Source: Myxococcales bacterium (GTDB lineage Bacteria; Myxococcota_A; Polyangia; Polyangiales; JAFGIB01). Taken from it: a stretch of DNA of 64,000 bases. The stretch spans positions 4 through 64,003 of the forward strand of contig JASFKR010000003.1 of assembly GCA_050118535.1 (NCBI GenBank), written 5' to 3'. Under the pieces are notes generated by a model that saw only the letters and a program-made list of their open reading frames with translations, was not told where the DNA came from and searched no databases. This document shows positions 9,701 through 20,382 of the stretch, one piece after another (positions within the stretch are counted from its first letter, which is position 1; each line of letters begins with the position of its first letter). Both the position numbers and the translations under genes were made by a program.

Positions 9701-9801
9701 GGCGAGGCCTCCGGTCCTATGCTCTTGCGGTGACCCCAACCTGCACGCGGCCGGGCTCGCCGGCCATCCTGCATGTGTGAGATGCCAGTAATTTCGGTAG
9801 G

Positions 9802-10371
9802 TTGACGGTGAACGACCTCACATCCGACAGACGCCTGCTGGGGGCCACCCTGGCCGCGTTCCTGGTGACGGCGTTGTTGGCCGCCTTCGACGTGGTGGCC
9901 GACCTGCGCGAGGGCACGACGCCGGCCCACGTGGCCACCGAGGGCATCATCCTGGTGCTGGGGTTCGTGGGCGCGGGGCTGGCGGCCCGGATGCTGCTGA
10001 GCGCGACGCGCGCGGCCCGGCAGTCGGCGGCCGAGGCCCGGGAGCTGGCCGGGCACCTGGAACAGACCGCCGCGGAGGCGGCGCGCTTCCGGAGCGAGGC
10101 CCGCGAGCTGATGGCGGGGCTCGGGGCCGCCATCGATGCCCAGTTCGATCGCTGGGGGCTGTCGCCGGCCGAGAAGGAGGTGGGCCTGCTGCTGCTCAAG
10201 GGCCTCAGCCACCGGGAGGTGGCCCAGGCGCGTTCGGTGACCGAGGCCACCGCGCGCCAGCAGGCCCGCGCCGTCTATCGCAAGGCCGGCGTCAGCGGGC
10301 GCGCGGACCTGGCGGCCTTCTTTCTGGAGGACCTGATGTTGCCGCCGCAGCCGACCCCCCATCACGACTGA
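9802..10371 (+). CDS. Membrane-anchored LuxR/GerE-family transcriptional regulator
   Basis: TTG 9802 (or GTG 9808) start. Two N-terminal hydrophobic segments. C-terminal HTH: LSPAEKEVGLLLLKGLSHREVAQARSVTEATARQQARAVYRKAGV. Confidence 0.75.
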   Translation: MTVNDLTSDRRLLGATLAAFLVTALLAAFDVVADLREGTTPAHVATEGIILVLGFVGAGLAARMLLSATRAARQSAAEARELAGHLEQTAAEAARFRSEARELMAGLGAAIDAQFDRWGLSPAEKEVGLLLLKGLSHREVAQARSVTEATARQQARAVYRKAGVSGRADLAAFFLEDLMLPPQPTPHHD

Positions 10372-10402
10372 CTGGCGACTGACAGGCGCCTGCTGGCCGC
10401 GC

Positions 10403-11563
10403 TCAGTGCTCGTTCACCACGACCTTGCCGTCGGCGCCGGTCAGGCTCAGGCGGCCGTCGCGCAGGGCCCGGGCGTCTTCGCCGAAGATCTCGCGGCGCC
10501 AGCCGTGCAAGGCGGGGACGTCGGCCTCCGGATCCAGGGCGATGCACTCCAGGTCGTCGCGATTCGCGACCATGCGTGTGGCCACGCCCGCCGCGTCGCA
10601 CCGCAGGCGCAGCAGGGCCTGCAGCAGGGCGACCATGCTCTCGTCGGCGGTGGGCCCCGTGCGCTTCTTCGGTGGCTCGGGCCACTCGCCTTCGGGCCGC
10701 GACAGGGCGCGCTCGATGCCCGCGAGGATGGCCCGGCCCTCGGCACCGTGGGCGGCCGCTTCCTTCATGCCGCGGACGCGCGCGAGCTGCCGGCGATCGC
10801 GCGGCGGGTGCAGAGCGATCTCGGCGAGGGCGTCGTCGCGCACGACCCAGCCCCGGGGCAGATCGCGCTCGCGGGCCTCGATCTCGCGCCAGGCGGCCAG
10901 CTCCTGCAGGATGCCCAGGGCGCGCCGCGTGGGGCGCTTGATCTTCACGCGCCGCCAGGCCTGCTCCGGCGACGGCTCGTGGCGGGCCGAGTCCAGCAGC
11001 GCGTCCATCTCCTCCACGACCCAGCCCTCGCGGCCGGCGTCGCGCAGCCGCGCGAGGAGCTGCTCGTAGACCGGGCGCAGGTGGATGACGTCGCTCAGGG
11101 CGTAGTCGATCTGGCGCTGCGCCAGCGGCCGGCGGGACCAGTCCGTGGCCTGGGCCGATTTGTCGATCTCCAGATCGAGCAGCTCCGTCACCAGCCTGTC
11201 GTAGCCGGGCTGCTCGCCGAAGCCGCAGAAGGCGGCGGCCACCTGGGTGTCGAAGAAGGGCTCGGCCAGCACGCCGCACTCGCGCCGCAGGATCTGCAGG
11301 TCCTGGCGGCCCGCGTGCATCACCTTGAGCACCTCGGGGTCCGAGAGCAGCGCGGCGAGCGGCGAAAGGTCCAGATCCCGCTCGAGCGTGTCGACCGCCG
11401 CGGCCTCGGTGTCGCCCGCGAGCTGCACCAGGCACAGCCGCGGGTAGTAGGTCCGCTCCGTCATGAACTCGGTGTCGACGGTCACGTACGGCTCGGCCCG
11501 CAGGCGTTCACACAGTGACGCCAGCGCGGAGCTGTCGCGGATCAGCGGATCGGTGGCGGGCAA
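10403..11563 (-). CDS. rnd: Ribonuclease D
   Basis: DEDD exonuclease motifs (VTVDTEFMTERTYYPRLCLVQLA; HAGRQDL; YALSDVIHL) plus an HRDC-like C-terminal half. Only 7 nt downstream of the ABC permease gene. Confidence 0.9.
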   Translation of the reverse strand: MPATDPLIRDSSALASLCERLRAEPYVTVDTEFMTERTYYPRLCLVQLAGDTEAAAVDTLERDLDLSPLAALLSDPEVLKVMHAGRQDLQILRRECGVLAEPFFDTQVAAAFCGFGEQPGYDRLVTELLDLEIDKSAQATDWSRRPLAQRQIDYALSDVIHLRPVYEQLLARLRDAGREGWVVEEMDALLDSARHEPSPEQAWRRVKIKRPTRRALGILQELAAWREIEARERDLPRGWVVRDDALAEIALHPPRDRRQLARVRGMKEAAAHGAEGRAILAGIERALSRPEGEWPEPPKKRTGPTADESMVALLQALLRLRCDAAGVATRMVANRDDLECIALDPEADVPALHGWRREIFGEDARALRDGRLSLTGADGKVVVNEH

Positions 11564-11570
11564 GGGCGAC

Positions 11571-12671
11571 TCAGTACTTGAAGGGCCAGGCGATGAAGTA
11601 GCGCTTGATGCGCAGCCAGAACCCCATCAGGCCCAGGGGCTCGAAGATGAGCAGGGCCACCACCAGCACGGAAAAGGCGAGGGTGGCCTGCTGGGCGGAG
11701 CTCAGGCCCGAGAGCATGGGCATGTGGGGCTTGAGCGCATCGAAGGAGTTCTCGGCCAGGGGCGTGAGCACCACGAAGATGATCGCGCCCCAAATGGCGC
11801 CGAAGACCGTGCCCACGCCGCCCAGGAAGATGATGGCGATGTACTGCACGCTCATGATCAGGTCGAAGGGCGGCTCGATGGTGATGTATTGCTGCTGGCA
11901 CGCGAACATGCCGCCGGCGATGCCGGCGAAAAACGACGACAGGCCGAAGGAGGTGATCTTGGCGCGCGCCGGGTTGATGCCCATGACCTCGGCGGCCACG
12001 TCGTGGTCGCGCACGGCCATCATGGCGCGCCCGGTGTTGCTGCGGGCGATGTTCTTGGCCGCGTAGGCGGTCAACAAGGCGATGGCGAGGAAGAAGAAGT
12101 ACAGCTTGCGCTCGAACGTGAGCTCGATGGGGCCGAGCTGCACGGTCTCCGAGAAGCTGCCGAGCCCGCCCTCCTCGGCCGGGAACCAACTGTGCATGGG
12201 CACGGCGATGCCCATGGCGCCGTGGGTCAGGTCCGGCATGGAGTGCAGGGTGTGGTTGACCAGGTAGAGCAGGCCCAGGGTGACGATGGCCAGGTAGAAG
12301 CCCTCCAGGCGCAGGGCGAACGGACCCACGATCAGGCCCACCACCGCGGCCACGACGCCGCCGATGGGGATGCCCAGCCAGAAGGGCATCCCCAGCTGCT
12401 CACCCAGCACCGCCGTGGTGTAGGCGCCCAGGGCCAGAAATGCGGCATGGCCCACGCTGAACTGTCCGCAGAAGCCGGTCAGCACCATCATGCCGATGGC
12501 GCCCACGACGGTGACCCAGGCCAGGTTCCCGATGGTGAGCCACTGGCTGTCGGCGACGAAGGGATAGGCCAGCACCAGCGGGATCGCGACCGCGAGCCCG
12601 ATCTTGTGCCACATGTCGGGGAAGAGCTTGAGGTCGTCCTCGTAGCGCGTCAGCAGGGGCTTGGTGGGCAT
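11571..12671 (-). CDS. Branched-chain-amino-acid-type ABC transporter permease (LivM-like)
   Basis: Polytopic membrane protein with typical LivM-family segments: GQFSVGHAAFLALGAYT, MAVRDHDVAAEVMGINP, FFAGIAGGMF. Confidence 0.9.
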   Translation of the reverse strand: MPTKPLLTRYEDDLKLFPDMWHKIGLAVAIPLVLAYPFVADSQWLTIGNLAWVTVVGAIGMMVLTGFCGQFSVGHAAFLALGAYTTAVLGEQLGMPFWLGIPIGGVVAAVVGLIVGPFALRLEGFYLAIVTLGLLYLVNHTLHSMPDLTHGAMGIAVPMHSWFPAEEGGLGSFSETVQLGPIELTFERKLYFFFLAIALLTAYAAKNIARSNTGRAMMAVRDHDVAAEVMGINPARAKITSFGLSSFFAGIAGGMFACQQQYITIEPPFDLIMSVQYIAIIFLGGVGTVFGAIWGAIIFVVLTPLAENSFDALKPHMPMLSGLSSAQQATLAFSVLVVALLIFEPLGLMGFWLRIKRYFIAWPFKY

Positions 12672-12693
12672 GGCAGGGCTCTCCTCGTCTCGC

Positions 12694-13590
12694 TCAGGCG
12701 CGCTTGACTTCCTGCACGCCGAACAGGCCGTGGGGCCGCACGATGAGCACGAGGATCATGACGATGTAGGGGAAGACCCCGTGGAAGTTGTGGCCGAAGT
12801 GGCCGAGCTCGGGGTTGAGGTAGGCCTGGGCCAGCACCTCGGCCACGCCGATGATGAAGCCGGCCAGCACGGCGCCGGTGGCCGACTCCAGGCCGCCCAG
12901 GATGATCGCGGGGAAGGCGCGGTAGGCCACCACGCCCAGCAGGGAGTCCACCTGGTTGGGGAACATGCCCAGGATCACGCCGCCCAGACCCGCGAACATG
13001 CCGGACATGAACCAGGTCAGCCCCAGGATGCGCCCGACCGGAATCCCGTGGGCGAGGGAGGCCTCCTGATCGTTGGCCGCGGCGCGCATGGCCACGCCCA
13101 GCTTGGTGAAATTCACGACCAGGAAGAATGCGCCCAGGGCCAGGGCGCCCGCGGCCAGGGAGGCCACCGAATTCCACAGGATGCGCGCGCCGAAGAGCTC
13201 GACCACGCCGGTGGTCTCCCACGGCGTGGGCATGCCTTTGGGCTCCACGCCCCAGATGATGATCACCATCGCCTTCAGGAACAGGCCCACGAAGATGGTG
13301 AGGATCGAGGTGACCACGATGGGTCGCCCGACCATGGGCCGCATCACCCCGCGCTCCACCGCCGCCGCGATGCAGCCGGTCAGGGCCATGGCCAGGACCA
13401 GCGACAGGCCCCAGGGGATGCCCATGCCGCACAGGGCCACCATGGTGAAGGCGCCGGCGCTCAGGAACTCGCCCTGGGCGAAGTTGAGCACGCCCTGGGC
13501 GCGATAGATGACCACGAAGCCGAGCGCGACCAGGGCGTAGACGGCGCCCAGGGACAGGCCGGAGACCAGAAGTTGAACCAGATTGCCCAT
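12694..13590 (-). CDS. Branched-chain-amino-acid-type ABC transporter permease (LivH-like)
   Basis: Start MGNLVQLLVSGLSLGAVYALVALGFVVIYRAQGVLNFAQGEF inside track ORF 12694..15249. Its ATG overlaps the TGA of the upstream synthetase gene (ATGA). Confidence 0.9.
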   Translation of the reverse strand: MGNLVQLLVSGLSLGAVYALVALGFVVIYRAQGVLNFAQGEFLSAGAFTMVALCGMGIPWGLSLVLAMALTGCIAAAVERGVMRPMVGRPIVVTSILTIFVGLFLKAMVIIIWGVEPKGMPTPWETTGVVELFGARILWNSVASLAAGALALGAFFLVVNFTKLGVAMRAAANDQEASLAHGIPVGRILGLTWFMSGMFAGLGGVILGMFPNQVDSLLGVVAYRAFPAIILGGLESATGAVLAGFIIGVAEVLAQAYLNPELGHFGHNFHGVFPYIVMILVLIVRPHGLFGVQEVKRA

Positions 13591-15419
13591 CAGCGCTTCC
13601 CGTACATGCCGTCGATGAGCTCGGAGAATTTCTCGGCGATCACCTTGCGCCGCACCTTCTGGGTGGCGGTGAGCTCGCCGTCGTCCTGGTGCAGCTCCTT
13701 GGGCAGGATGCGGAAGGAGCGCACGTTCTCCACCTGCGCCAGGATCTCGTTGGCGCGCTTGATCTCGTCCTCGACCAGCTTCACGACGTCGCTCTTGCTG
13801 GCCAGGTCCGGGTAGGCGGCGTAGGGCAACTCGCGGCGGGTCGCCCAGTCGCCCACGCTGTCGTAGTCGATCTGGATCAGCGCCGAGATGAACTTGCGCT
13901 GGTCGCCGATGGCGATCGCCTCCTTGATGTAGGGGCTGTTCTTCAGGGCGTTTTCGATCTTCTCGGGCGAGATGTTCTTGCCGCCGGCGGTGATGATGAT
14001 TTCCTTCTTGCGCCCGGTGATGCGCAGGAAGCCCTCCTCGTCGATCTGGCCGATGTCGCCAGTGTGCAGCCAGCCCTCGTCGTCGATCATCTCGCGGGTG
14101 GCCTCCTCGTTGTGCAGGTAGCCCATGAACACGCTGCTGCCGCGGATGCAGATCTCGCCGTCTTCGGCGATCTTGTGCTCCAGGTTGGGCACGTTGATGC
14201 CGACGCTGCCCAGCCGGTATTTGCTGGGCGGGTTGAAGTGGCTGGCGCCCGCCAGCTCCGTCATGCCGTAGCCCTCGTAGATGGGCACGCCCACGCCGTG
14301 GAACCAATCGAGCAGCTCCGGCGAGATGGGGGCGGCGCCGCTGCCCGGCAGGCGGCAGCGCCGCAGACCCAGCCTCTCTTGCAGCGGCCGGAAGACCAGC
14401 GCGTCGCCCAGCGCCAGCGTGAGCCGGTCGGCGCCGGTCGGCGGGGTGCCCTCGCGCTCGCGCCGGCGGATCTCGGCGCCCCTTTCGCTGAAGTGGAAGA
14501 AGAGCTTCTTCTTCAGCGGCGACGAGTTGGACATCTTGATCATGAGCGAGGCGTGCATCTTCTCCCAGATGCGCGGAACGCCCAGGAAGATGGTGGGCGA
14601 GACCTCGCGCAGATCCTCCTGCACGGTTTCGATGGACTCGCCGAAGTGCACGATGAGGCCGGTCGAGAGCGGAAGAAAGACGCTGTAGATCTTCTCGGCC
14701 ACGTGGCAGAGGGGCAGATACGACAGCACCAGGTCGTCCTCGGTGGCGTCGAACATGCCCACGATGGCGTCGACCGTCTCGCACACGTTGGCGCTGCCGA
14801 TCATGGCGCCCTTCGGCTTGCCCGTCGTGCCCGAGGTGTAGACGACCATCGAGGGCTCGGTCGGATCTCGCTCGGCAATGCGCTGCTCGAGCCAGTCCGG
14901 CTCGGCGGCGATCAGCTGACGACCCCGCTGCAGCATCGCGTCCCACTCCCTGAGGCGCGGCTCGCCGTAGTCCTTGGTCCCGCGGGGCTCGTAGGTGACC
15001 ACGTGCTCCAGGCCCGGCAGGCGGTCGGCCACCTCCATGAACTTGTCGACCTGCTCCTGATCCTCGCAGAAGAGCACGCGCGAGCCGCTGTGGTTGACGA
15101 TGTAGTCCACGTCGGGCGCGGGGCTGGTCTGATAGATGCCCACGCTGCGGGCGCCGATGGCCTGCGCCGCCAGGTCGGCGAAGAGCCACTCGGGGCGGTT
15201 GTCGCTGAGGATGGCCACGTGATCGCCGGGGCGGATGCCCAGCTCCCACAGCGTGCGCGCCGTGGCCGCCACGTTGTCGGCGTAGTCCTGCCAGGTGTAC
15301 TCCTGCCAGATGCCCAGCCTCTTGTGACGCAGGGCAGGGCGCTGCCCGCGCGTCCTGGCGAAATGCAGTAGGCGCCCGGGCAGGGTTTGCTTGAGCTCGG
15401 CTTCGCTGAGACTTCCCAT
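13590..15419 (-). CDS. AMP-dependent synthetase/ligase (long-chain acyl-CoA synthetase-like)
   Basis: Start MGSLSEAELKQTLPG at Met153 of track ORF 13590..15875. AMP-binding motif MVVYTSGTTGKPKGAM. Further motifs YEGYGMTE, GWLHTGDIG and ITGRKKEIIITAGGKNISP. Confidence 0.9.
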   Translation of the reverse strand: MGSLSEAELKQTLPGRLLHFARTRGQRPALRHKRLGIWQEYTWQDYADNVAATARTLWELGIRPGDHVAILSDNRPEWLFADLAAQAIGARSVGIYQTSPAPDVDYIVNHSGSRVLFCEDQEQVDKFMEVADRLPGLEHVVTYEPRGTKDYGEPRLREWDAMLQRGRQLIAAEPDWLEQRIAERDPTEPSMVVYTSGTTGKPKGAMIGSANVCETVDAIVGMFDATEDDLVLSYLPLCHVAEKIYSVFLPLSTGLIVHFGESIETVQEDLREVSPTIFLGVPRIWEKMHASLMIKMSNSSPLKKKLFFHFSERGAEIRRREREGTPPTGADRLTLALGDALVFRPLQERLGLRRCRLPGSGAAPISPELLDWFHGVGVPIYEGYGMTELAGASHFNPPSKYRLGSVGINVPNLEHKIAEDGEICIRGSSVFMGYLHNEEATREMIDDEGWLHTGDIGQIDEEGFLRITGRKKEIIITAGGKNISPEKIENALKNSPYIKEAIAIGDQRKFISALIQIDYDSVGDWATRRELPYAAYPDLASKSDVVKLVEDEIKRANEILAQVENVRSFRILPKELHQDDGELTATQKVRRKVIAEKFSELIDGMYGKR

Positions 15420-15454
15420 GGCGTCGTTCCTACTCCCGCCGACCGATCGCGGCC

Positions 15455-16218
15455 TCAGTGGGCGGCGCCTCCCAGATATGCCTCGATCACGGCCGGATCC
15501 TTGCTGACCTCCTGGGGCGACCCCTGGGCGATCTTCTTGCCGAAGTCGAGCACCGCCACCGAGTCGGCCAGATCCATCACGAAGTGCAGGTCGTGGTCGA
15601 TCAGGATCTGGGTCACCCCCAGCTCCTCCTTGATGTCGAGCATGAAGCGCGCCATGAGCTCGGTCTCTTCCTGGTTGAGACCCGCAGCCGGCTCGTCGAG
15701 CAGCAGCAGCTTGGGCTCCATCGCCAGGGCTCGGGCCATCTCCACGCGCTTGCGCACGCCGTAGGGGAGGATGGCGACGGGCGTCTTGCGATAACGCTCC
15801 AGGTGCATGAAGTCGATCACGTCCTCGCAGCGCTTGCGGTGCGCCACCTCCTCGGCGCGCGTGCGCTGGCCCCACAGCAGGTCGTTCCAGAAATGCGTGC
15901 GGTACAGGTGGTGGCGGCCGACGAGCAGGTTTTCCAGCACCGTCATCATGGGAAAGAGCCCCAGGTTCTGGAACATCCGCGAGACGCCCAGCGCGGCCAC
16001 GTCATGGGGCTTGCGGCCCACCAGCTCCTGGCCCTCGAAGACGATCGACCCCTTCTGGGGCCGGTAGACCGCCGAGATGCAGTTGAAGAGCGAGGTCTTG
16101 CCCGCGCCGTTGGGGCCGATCACCGAGAGCAGGTGGCCCTGCGGCACCGACAGGGAAACGCCCTGGATGGCGCGCACGCCGGAGAAGGATAGCTCGATGT
16201 TGTTGACTTCCAGCATGG

Positions 16219-16222
<4 letters not shown>
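15455..16222 (-). CDS. ABC transporter ATP-binding protein (LivG-like)
   Basis: Walker A GPNGAGKTS, signature LPYGVRKRVEMARAL, Walker B LLLLDEPAAGL. The TTG start overlaps the stop of the upstream ATPase gene; an ATG lies two codons downstream. Confidence 0.9.
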
Positions 16223-17013
<791 letters not shown>

Positions 17014-17062
17014 GCCAACTCGATCGAGTGCAACTGCCGTCAGAACGGACCGCGGCGGCCCG

Positions 17063-18466
17063 TCACTGCGTCGCAACCGCCTCCTGGGCTCCCTCGGCCT
17101 CGGCGCCCTCGGCAGCCGGCTCGGCTTGCGCGGTCTTGCCACCCTCGGGCTCGGCCTCGGCGCCGCCCATCGCCTTCGGCGAGGCGTAGGGCGCGAGCAC
17201 GGTCCAGCTCTTCTTCTCGAAGTCGGGCTTGAGCACGCGCGTGGTCGTGCTGGTCACGTAGGGGAAGGTGTTGAAGCTCAGGGGCTGGCTCAGGCCCTGG
17301 GCGTCGAAGTTCTCGATTGTGGTCAGCGCCGCCATCACACCCTCGCGCGTGACGTCACCCTTCTCGATGGCGCGTTTGATGGCCTCGGCAGCCATCGTGC
17401 CCTGCATGTACGACATCAGCAGGTACATGTCGGGCGGGCTCTGCTCCTTGCCGAACTTCTCGTAGGCGTCCAGGAACTTCTTCATGCCGGGCAGATCCTC
17501 GCCCCAGTAGGGCATGCCGCTGACCCAGTGGAAGTTGGCGAAGACCGCCGACGGGATGACCTCGGGGTTGAAGAAGCCGTCGATCCAGGTGGGCGTGCAG
17601 CCGAGCCACTGGGGCATGAACTGGAGCTGGGCGGCCGTGCCCAGGATCGGGCCGCTGGCGCTGGGCAGCACGGTCAGCAGCACGTGGGTGGCACCGGCTT
17701 CCTTGAGGGCGGTGACGACGGCGGCGAAGTCGCGCTGCGTGGGCGTGATGGCCTGCTCGCTCACGATCTTCACGCCGTGGTGCTCGGCGGCCTTCTTCCA
17801 GCCGTTGAGGCCGTCCTGGCCGTAGTCGTCCTGCTGGTAGACGATGCCCGCCTTGATCTCGCCCTTCTTGTCGCCCGCCTGCTCGACGATGTAGTCCATG
17901 CCGCGCATGGCCTCCATCTCGTAGGACGGACCGGCCGGGATCGTGTACTTGTTCTTCGCCATCTCCGACGACAGGGAGGCGGGCAGGGCGATCATCTCGT
18001 CGCGCTCCAACATCGGGCGCAGGGGCAGCGTGTTGGGCGTGCCGAAGCTGTGGGCGATCAGCAGGACGTCGTCCTTGATCTGGTTGTAGGCCTGCACCGA
18101 CTTCTGCGGGTTGTAACCGTGGTCCTTCTCGACCAGCTCGATCTTCCAGCCCTCGGGCAGAAGGCCGCTGCCGCCGGCGTTGACCTGGGCAGCGAGCACG
18201 CGCTTGCCCACCGCGTAGGGCTTGCCGATGGTCGCGGCGGGACCGCTCTCGTCGTTGAGCACGCCCAGCTTGATCGTCTTGGACGCCACGTCGACGCCCT
18301 TGCCGGCCTTCAGGTCGCCGCCGGGGGCCGCCGCCTGCTCGCCCTCCTGGGCCTGCTCGCCCTCGGCCGGAGCCGCAGCCGGCTCCGCCGGTGCCGCTTC
18401 CTGTTTCGCTCCGCCGCTGCAGCCGGCGAGCGCCAGCAACGCACAACCCGCGAGAATCTTTCTCAT
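17063..18466 (-). CDS. ABC transporter substrate-binding lipoprotein (Leu/Ile/Val-binding-protein family)
   Basis: MRKILAGCALLALAGCSGG lipoprotein signal, an Ala/Glu/Pro-rich linker, then a type-I periplasmic binding fold (IKLGVLNDESGPAATIGKPYAVG...). First gene of the transporter operon. Confidence 0.88.
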   Translation of the reverse strand: MRKILAGCALLALAGCSGGAKQEAAPAEPAAAPAEGEQAQEGEQAAAPGGDLKAGKGVDVASKTIKLGVLNDESGPAATIGKPYAVGKRVLAAQVNAGGSGLLPEGWKIELVEKDHGYNPQKSVQAYNQIKDDVLLIAHSFGTPNTLPLRPMLERDEMIALPASLSSEMAKNKYTIPAGPSYEMEAMRGMDYIVEQAGDKKGEIKAGIVYQQDDYGQDGLNGWKKAAEHHGVKIVSEQAITPTQRDFAAVVTALKEAGATHVLLTVLPSASGPILGTAAQLQFMPQWLGCTPTWIDGFFNPEVIPSAVFANFHWVSGMPYWGEDLPGMKKFLDAYEKFGKEQSPPDMYLLMSYMQGTMAAEAIKRAIEKGDVTREGVMAALTTIENFDAQGLSQPLSFNTFPYVTSTTTRVLKPDFEKKSWTVLAPYASPKAMGGAEAEPEGGKTAQAEPAAEGAEAEGAQEAVATQ

Positions 18467-18563
18467 GGCTTTCTCCCTCTAACCCCCCTCGCGGCCGACC
18501 CCTTCGGCCTCGGACGGGGGGTCACATTAGACGAAAGCCGGCGATCCGTTCAATAGCGGCGCG

Positions 18564-18613
18564 GGCAGCATGTGCTGCCAAATCGGGATGTTGGGGGGGC
18601 CGGGCTGGCAGCA
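18564..18613 (-). promoter_or_regulatory. Three GGCAGCA half-sites (one 7-2-7 inverted repeat plus one extra copy) between the merR-family gene and the ABC operon
   Basis: Read directly: ggcagca-tg-tgctgcc at 18564-18579 and ggcagca again at 18607-18613. Candidate operator; not verified. Confidence 0.3.
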
Positions 18614-18633
18614 TTTGGGAGCGGTTGGTGTGC

Positions 18634-19407
18634 TCAACGACGATTGCGCCGACGCGGGGGGAGCTGGCTCTCGCTCTGGAGCCGCTCTTGCACCGCCCGC
18701 TGGACCTCGCGGGTGAAGATCAGTCGCACCGCCTCGGCCCCCGCCCCCTGGGCGAAGATCGTTTCGAGCAGCGACATGATGTCGTCGGGCTCGGCGCTGC
18801 GACCGAAGCCGTCGCCCACGTGCTTGAAGGCGTACTGCACCACGTCGTCGGCCGCGCGCGACAGGCGGCGCTGCAGCAGCTCGTAGAGCACCAGCACGTG
18901 CTCGAGGTCGACGCCGGCCTCGAGCAGATGCATGCCGACGCGCAGCAGTGCCGGGCTTTCGATCAGGTAGCGCCGAGCCATCCCCTCGCCCTGGACCTTG
19001 ATCACCTCGCGCCGCACCAGCCGGCTGATGATGCCCGGCGGCACGTCGCCCAGGAGGTCCCGCAGCTCGCGCTCGGTCAGCAGCTTCGGCTCGTCCTCGG
19101 TCAGGTGACCGAGCCGTTCGCCCACGCCCAGCCACTTCTGGAGGGCGTCGCTGTCCATGTCCTTGCGGCTGAGCAGCTCCTTGATGGCCCGCAGACGCAG
19201 GCCCTTGTCCTGCAGCTCGGCCACGCGCTGCAGCTGTTCCAGATGGCCGGTGTCGTAGATGGCCACCCGGCCACGCTTCCGGGGCGCCGGGAGCACGCCC
19301 TTGGCCTGGTAGAAGCGAATGGTGCGGCTCGGCACACCGCTGTGGGCGCTGAGCTCGTCGATGGTGTACTCGGTGTCGGCCGCCTGGCTCTGGACTGATT
19401 CGGACAT
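18634..19407 (-). CDS. MerR-family transcriptional regulator
   Basis: N-terminal MerR HTH: YTIDELSAHSGVPSRTIRFYQAKGVLPAPRKRGRVAIYDTGHLEQLQRVAELQDKGLRLRAIKELL. The C-terminal domain of about 150 aa is unassigned. Confidence 0.85.
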   Translation of the reverse strand: MSESVQSQAADTEYTIDELSAHSGVPSRTIRFYQAKGVLPAPRKRGRVAIYDTGHLEQLQRVAELQDKGLRLRAIKELLSRKDMDSDALQKWLGVGERLGHLTEDEPKLLTERELRDLLGDVPPGIISRLVRREVIKVQGEGMARRYLIESPALLRVGMHLLEAGVDLEHVLVLYELLQRRLSRAADDVVQYAFKHVGDGFGRSAEPDDIMSLLETIFAQGAGAEAVRLIFTREVQRAVQERLQSESQLPPRRRNRR

Positions 19408-19465
19408 GGCTTTGGGAATACTGTAACAGTCTGCGCTGTTAGGCTCAAGTCCCGTGAGCCCCGGC

Positions 19466-20374
19466 TCACACCTCGCCGGCCAGGAAGGCGTCGATCAGTT
19501 GCCCGGCGATGGAGAAGCGTCCCGGCACGAAGAAACCATGGTCCTGGGCGTTGCGGATCTGTTCCCGGGTGAACCAGGCGGCGTCCTCGAGCTCGTCATC
19601 GATCAGTTGGATCTCTCGGCTGAGGGCCTCGGCCACGAAGCCGATCATCAGCGAGGCGGGGAATGGCCACGGTTGGCTGCGGAAGTACCGCGGCTCGCCC
19701 ACGCGCACGGCGGTCTCCTCGGCCACCTCGCGCACCACCGCCTCCTCGACGGTCTCACCCGGCTCCACGAAGCCCGCCAGGGTGGAGTACATGCCCCGGG
19801 GTGCGCGCGAGGGGCGTCCGAGCAGGCAGCGGTCGCCGTCGTGCACCAGCACGATCACGGCCGGGTCGGTGCGCGGGAAATGCTTGCTGCGGCAGGCCTC
19901 GTCGCGGCACTCGCGGCTGTGTCCGCCCTCGCGCGGGGCCGTGGGGCTGCCGCACACCCCGCAGTGACGGTGATGGGCATGCCAGTGCAGGATCCCCCGC
20001 GCGTAGGCCGCCAGACCCGCGTCGGCAGCCGGCAGAGCGGCACCCACCTGGCGCAAGTCCTGGAATTCCCCCGCCTGCTCGAGCGCCGGCACGGTCAGCG
20101 GGTCTTCCAGGGAGCTCAGGTCCAGCCCGAAGCAGCCGCGCCCTTCGAGCTCGCCGAGCCAGACCAGTTCGTCGGCCCGATCGATCAGCCCGGCCGCGTC
20201 CCCCGCCGGCACCAGGGCGAGCCGCTCGGCGCGCACGAACGACAGGTTGCGCCACGTCGGAAGCAGTAGCGTGTCGGTCGCGCCGAGGGCGGCCTCCAGG
20301 TAATCCAGATCCGAGCGCCGGTGGGCGGCGCGATCGAAGGCAGGTGCTTCCGGTAGCTCCACCACTCGCTCCAC
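19466..20374 (-). CDS. nudC: NAD+ diphosphatase (NudC-type Nudix hydrolase with zinc ribbon)
   Basis: Zinc-ribbon cysteines (CGVCGSPTAPREGGHSRECRDEACRSKHFPR) followed by Nudix box GFVEPGETVEEAVVREVAEETAV and the SQPWPFP motif typical of NudC. Confidence 0.85.
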   Translation of the reverse strand: MERVVELPEAPAFDRAAHRRSDLDYLEAALGATDTLLLPTWRNLSFVRAERLALVPAGDAAGLIDRADELVWLGELEGRGCFGLDLSSLEDPLTVPALEQAGEFQDLRQVGAALPAADAGLAAYARGILHWHAHHRHCGVCGSPTAPREGGHSRECRDEACRSKHFPRTDPAVIVLVHDGDRCLLGRPSRAPRGMYSTLAGFVEPGETVEEAVVREVAEETAVRVGEPRYFRSQPWPFPASLMIGFVAEALSREIQLIDDELEDAAWFTREQIRNAQDHGFFVPGRFSIAGQLIDAFLAGEV

Positions 20375-20382
20375 CCCGGGCG

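Noticed and set aside
18555-18580. Minus-strand TTGGCAGCACATGCTGC considered as a sigma-54 promoter for the ABC operon
   Set aside because: The GG-to-GC offset is 10 or 13 nt rather than the required 12, and the -24 box reads TGGCAG rather than TGGCAC.
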